Positions 33,098 to 35,616 of a stretch of 35,616 nucleotides of DNA are shown piece by piece. The DNA comes from an uncultured Solibacteraceae bacterium. GTDB lineage: Bacteria > Acidobacteriota > Terriglobia > Bryobacterales > Bryobacteraceae. A model generated the notes under the pieces. The model was not told the origin of the DNA. It did not search any database and saw nothing but the letters and a program-made list of their open reading frames with translations. How positions within the stretch are numbered: the first letter of the stretch is position 1; each line of letters begins with the position of its first letter. The DNA lies in NCBI GenBank assembly GCA_964639135.1, contig CAZXBZ010000002.1, positions 1 to 35,616 of the forward strand, given 5' to 3'. The translations under genes were made by a program, and so were the position numbers.

Positions 33098-35616
33098 GCG
33101 GCAATCTCCTTTTTCACTTCGGAATGCCATTTCCAGAATTCATAAATCACCGGGTACACCAGCAGCTCCAGCAGAAACGAGGTCGCCACGCCCCCGATCA
33201 TCGGCGCGGCGATCCGCTTCATCACGTCGGACCCCGTTCCCGCCGACCACATAATCGGCAGCAGTCCGATGAACATCGTCGCCACCGTCATGAACTTCGG
33301 CCGCACCCGTTTTACCGCCCCGTGTACCACGGCCTCGCGCAGGTCGTCCTTCGAGCGGATCAGCCCTTTCGCCCGCGCGTCCTTGTACGAGAGATCCAGG
33401 TAGAGCAGCATGAAGACCGCTGTCTCCGCGTCCACCCCCAGCAGGGCGATCAGCCCCACCCACACGCCGATCGACATGTTGTAGCCCAGCGCCCATAGCA
33501 GCCACACCGCGCCGATCGCGGAGAAGGGAACCGCCAGCAGGATGATCGTCGTCTCCGTGAGCGATCCCGTGTTGAAGTAGAGCAGCGCGAAGATCAGAAA
33601 AATTGTTACGGGCAGCACCAGCCAGAGCCGGTCCGTCACGCGCTGCATCGCCTCGAACTGCCCGCTCCAGGAAAGGGTGTAGCCCGCCGGCACGGGCAGT
33701 TTTTCGCGCAGCACGCGCCGCGCCTCGGCGATGTAATGGCCCAGGTCGCTCTCCGCCGTATCGATGAAGACGTAAGCCGTCAGCAATCCGTCTTCGTTGC
33801 GCAGCATCGAGGGGCCCGTGGCCACGCGGATATCGGCCACCTGCTTCAGCGGAATCTGCGCGCCGCTGTTGCCCGCCGGAATCAGCACCCGCTCCAGCGC
33901 TGGAATTGCCGAGCGGAAGTCCCGCGCGTAGCGCACGCTCACCGGGTAGCGCTCGCGGCCCTCCACCGTCGTTGAGATGTTCTCGCCGCCGATGGCGTTC
34001 GTGATCGCCATTTGCGCCCCGGCGATGCTGATGTCGTAGCGCGCCAGTTGCGTGCGGTTCCAGGCGAAATCCAGGAAGTACCCCGCGCCCGTCCGTTCCG
34101 CGAACACGCTCCGCGTTCCCGGAACCGGTGTCAGCAGCCTCTCGGCCTCCATCGCCAGCCGGTCGATCTCCGCGATATCCGCGCCCGAAATTTTGAGCCC
34201 CACCGGCGTGCGGATTCCCGTCGTCAGCATGTCGATCCGCCCCCGAATTGGCATCGTCCACGAGTTCGAGAGCCCCGGGATTTGCAGCGCCGCGTTCATC
34301 TCGGCCACCAGATCCTCCTGGCTGATGTGGTCCGGCGTAATGCGTCCCAGCGCCGGCCGCAGCCATTGGGGAGCCCAGTCGTCGTACCAGGTCGCCTTCT
34401 TCCGCCATTCGCTCTCCGGCTTCAGCACCACCACGGTTTCGAACATCGAAAGCGGCGCTGGGTCCGTCGCGGATTCCGCCCTCCCCGCCTTCCCCAGCAC
34501 CGAAACCACCTCCGGAAATTGCTTCAGAATCCGGTCCGTGATCTGCAAGGCTCGCGTGGCTTCCGCCGCGGAAATTCCGGGCACGGTTGTCGGCATGTAG
34601 AGCAGCGTGCCCTCGTTCAACGGGGGCATGAATTCCGAACCCAGCTTGTTCCACACGGGAATGGTGATGAGCATCGCCCCAAGCGTGAGTCCGACTGTTA
34701 CCCATCTCCATCGAAGCGCCGCGCGCGCCGCGGGTTCGTAAATGTGAATCAGAATCCGGCTGATGGGATGTTTTTCTTCCGGATGGATCTTCCCGATCAG
34801 CACCGCGTTCGCCGCCCGCGCCAGCCAGCGCGGCCGGAACGAGAAATTCTTCATGTGCTGGAACGTCAGCCGCATCGCCGGGTCCAGCGTAACGGCCAGA
34901 AACGCGGCCACGATCATCGCCAGCGTCTTCGTATAGGCCAGGGGCTTGAACAGCCGCCCCTCCTGATCCGTCAGCGCGAGCACGGGCAGAAAGGAAACCG
35001 CGATCACCAGCAGCGCGAAGAAGCTGGCCCCGCCTACTTCCTTCACCGCCCGGATCACCACGTCCCGGTACGGACCCGGCCGCCCGTTATGCTCCCATTC
35101 CTCAAGCCGCTTGTGGGTCTGCTCCACCACCACGATGGCTGCGTCCACCAGCGCGCCGATGGCGATCGCGATGCCGCCGAGCGACATGATATTCGCGTTT
35201 ACCCCGAGTTGCTGCATCGGGATGAAGCTGATCAGAATCGTCGCCGGAATCGTCAGCATCGGGATGAGCGCGCTCGGCGCGTGCCACAGAAAAATCAGGA
35301 TCACCAGCGAGACGACGATCAGTTCCTCGACAATCGTGTGCTTCAGCGTGTCGATCGCGCGCTCGATCAACTCCGAGCGGTCGTAGCCCGTCGCGATCTC
35401 GATTCCCTCCGGCAGTCCCGGCTTCAGCTCTTCGAGCTTTGCCTTCACCCGTTCGATCACGTCGAGCGCGTTCGCGCCCTCGCGCATCACCACGATGCCC
35501 GAGACCACCTCGCCCTCTCCGTTCCACTCCGCCACGCCCCGCCGCATGTCCGGGCCGAGCGTCACCGTCGCCACGTCGCCCACCGTCACCGCCGTGCCGC
35601 TCCGGTTCGCCCGCAG
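33094..35616 (-). CDS. cusA: CusA/CzcA-family heavy-metal efflux RND permease, N-terminus beyond the window edge
   Basis: The frame is open to nt 35616. It aligns closely with E. coli CusA from memory: EFMPPLNEGTLLYMPTTVPGISAAEA, ATDPAPLSMFETVVVLKP, MPIRGRIDMLTTGIRTPVGLKISG, HGAVKRVRPKFMTVATMFIGLLPIMW and RIAAPMIGG. The three methionines of the CusA Cu(I)/Ag(I) site appear conserved. Confidence 0.88.
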   Translation of the reverse strand: MRANRSGTAVTVGDVATVTLGPDMRRGVAEWNGEGEVVSGIVVMREGANALDVIERVKAKLEELKPGLPEGIEIATGYDRSELIERAIDTLKHTIVEELIVVSLVILIFLWHAPSALIPMLTIPATILISFIPMQQLGVNANIMSLGGIAIAIGALVDAAIVVVEQTHKRLEEWEHNGRPGPYRDVVIRAVKEVGGASFFALLVIAVSFLPVLALTDQEGRLFKPLAYTKTLAMIVAAFLAVTLDPAMRLTFQHMKNFSFRPRWLARAANAVLIGKIHPEEKHPISRILIHIYEPAARAALRWRWVTVGLTLGAMLITIPVWNKLGSEFMPPLNEGTLLYMPTTVPGISAAEATRALQITDRILKQFPEVVSVLGKAGRAESATDPAPLSMFETVVVLKPESEWRKKATWYDDWAPQWLRPALGRITPDHISQEDLVAEMNAALQIPGLSNSWTMPIRGRIDMLTTGIRTPVGLKISGADIAEIDRLAMEAERLLTPVPGTRSVFAERTGAGYFLDFAWNRTQLARYDISIAGAQMAITNAIGGENISTTVEGRERYPVSVRYARDFRSAIPALERVLIPAGNSGAQIPLKQVADIRVATGPSMLRNEDGLLTAYVFIDTAESDLGHYIAEARRVLREKLPVPAGYTLSWSGQFEAMQRVTDRLWLVLPVTIFLIFALLYFNTGSLTETTIILLAVPFSAIGAVWLLWALGYNMSIGVWVGLIALLGVDAETAVFMLLYLDLSYKDARAKGLIRSKDDLREAVVHGAVKRVRPKFMTVATMFIGLLPIMWSAGTGSDVMKRIAAPMIGGVATSFLLELLVYPVIYEFWKWHSEVKKEIAA

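Noticed and set aside
33140-34711. 523-aa same-strand alternative-frame ORF inside cusA
   Set aside because: The cusA frame aligns almost continuously with E. coli CusA. The alternative frame is Gly/Arg/Ala-rich with no motifs.

Overview
High-GC bacterial chromosomal segment (about 55-70% G+C in the lines I hand-counted). The gene content (giant Ig-repeat exported proteins, TPR, HDOD, a DUF507-like protein, a GT4-rich glycan locus) suggests Acidobacteriota or a similar soil lineage, but that is inference only. I can support 27 protein-coding genes. I see no rRNA or tRNA genes, CRISPR arrays, transposases or integrases.

Gene order, left to right:
- 3' part of a type I restriction R subunit (hsdR).
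- A sugar-phosphate-flavoured trio: Cof-type HAD phosphatase, SDR and pgm.
- A small orphan ABC-like ATPase, head-to-head with a PLP aminotransferase.
- A minus-strand pair encoding a membrane-anchored Ig-like protein and a ~1200-aa IPT/He_PIG repeat exported protein.
- Divergent from that pair, a 792-aa membrane protein with a degenerate JAMM/MPN-like N-domain, then a TPR membrane protein and a CBS-ClC channel.
- An HDOD protein.
- An internally duplicated secreted protein.
- GT2, GT4-like and pilD.
- rbsK and a DUF507-like gene.
- A tightly overlapped Wzx/Wzy-type glycan cluster: wzx, wzy, two GT4, a methyltransferase and a GT4-phosphoglycosyltransferase fusion.
- The 3' part of cusA, with two uncharacterised exported proteins coupled to its 3' end.

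No single locus is clearly a new system. The best candidates for undescribed biology are:
- the cusA-coupled exported pair, one member with a Cys/His/Met cluster;
- the membrane-anchored pseudo-JAMM protein module;
- the Ig-repeat surface operon;
- the orphan ATPase.

All family calls come from motif recognition by eye. No database search was run.
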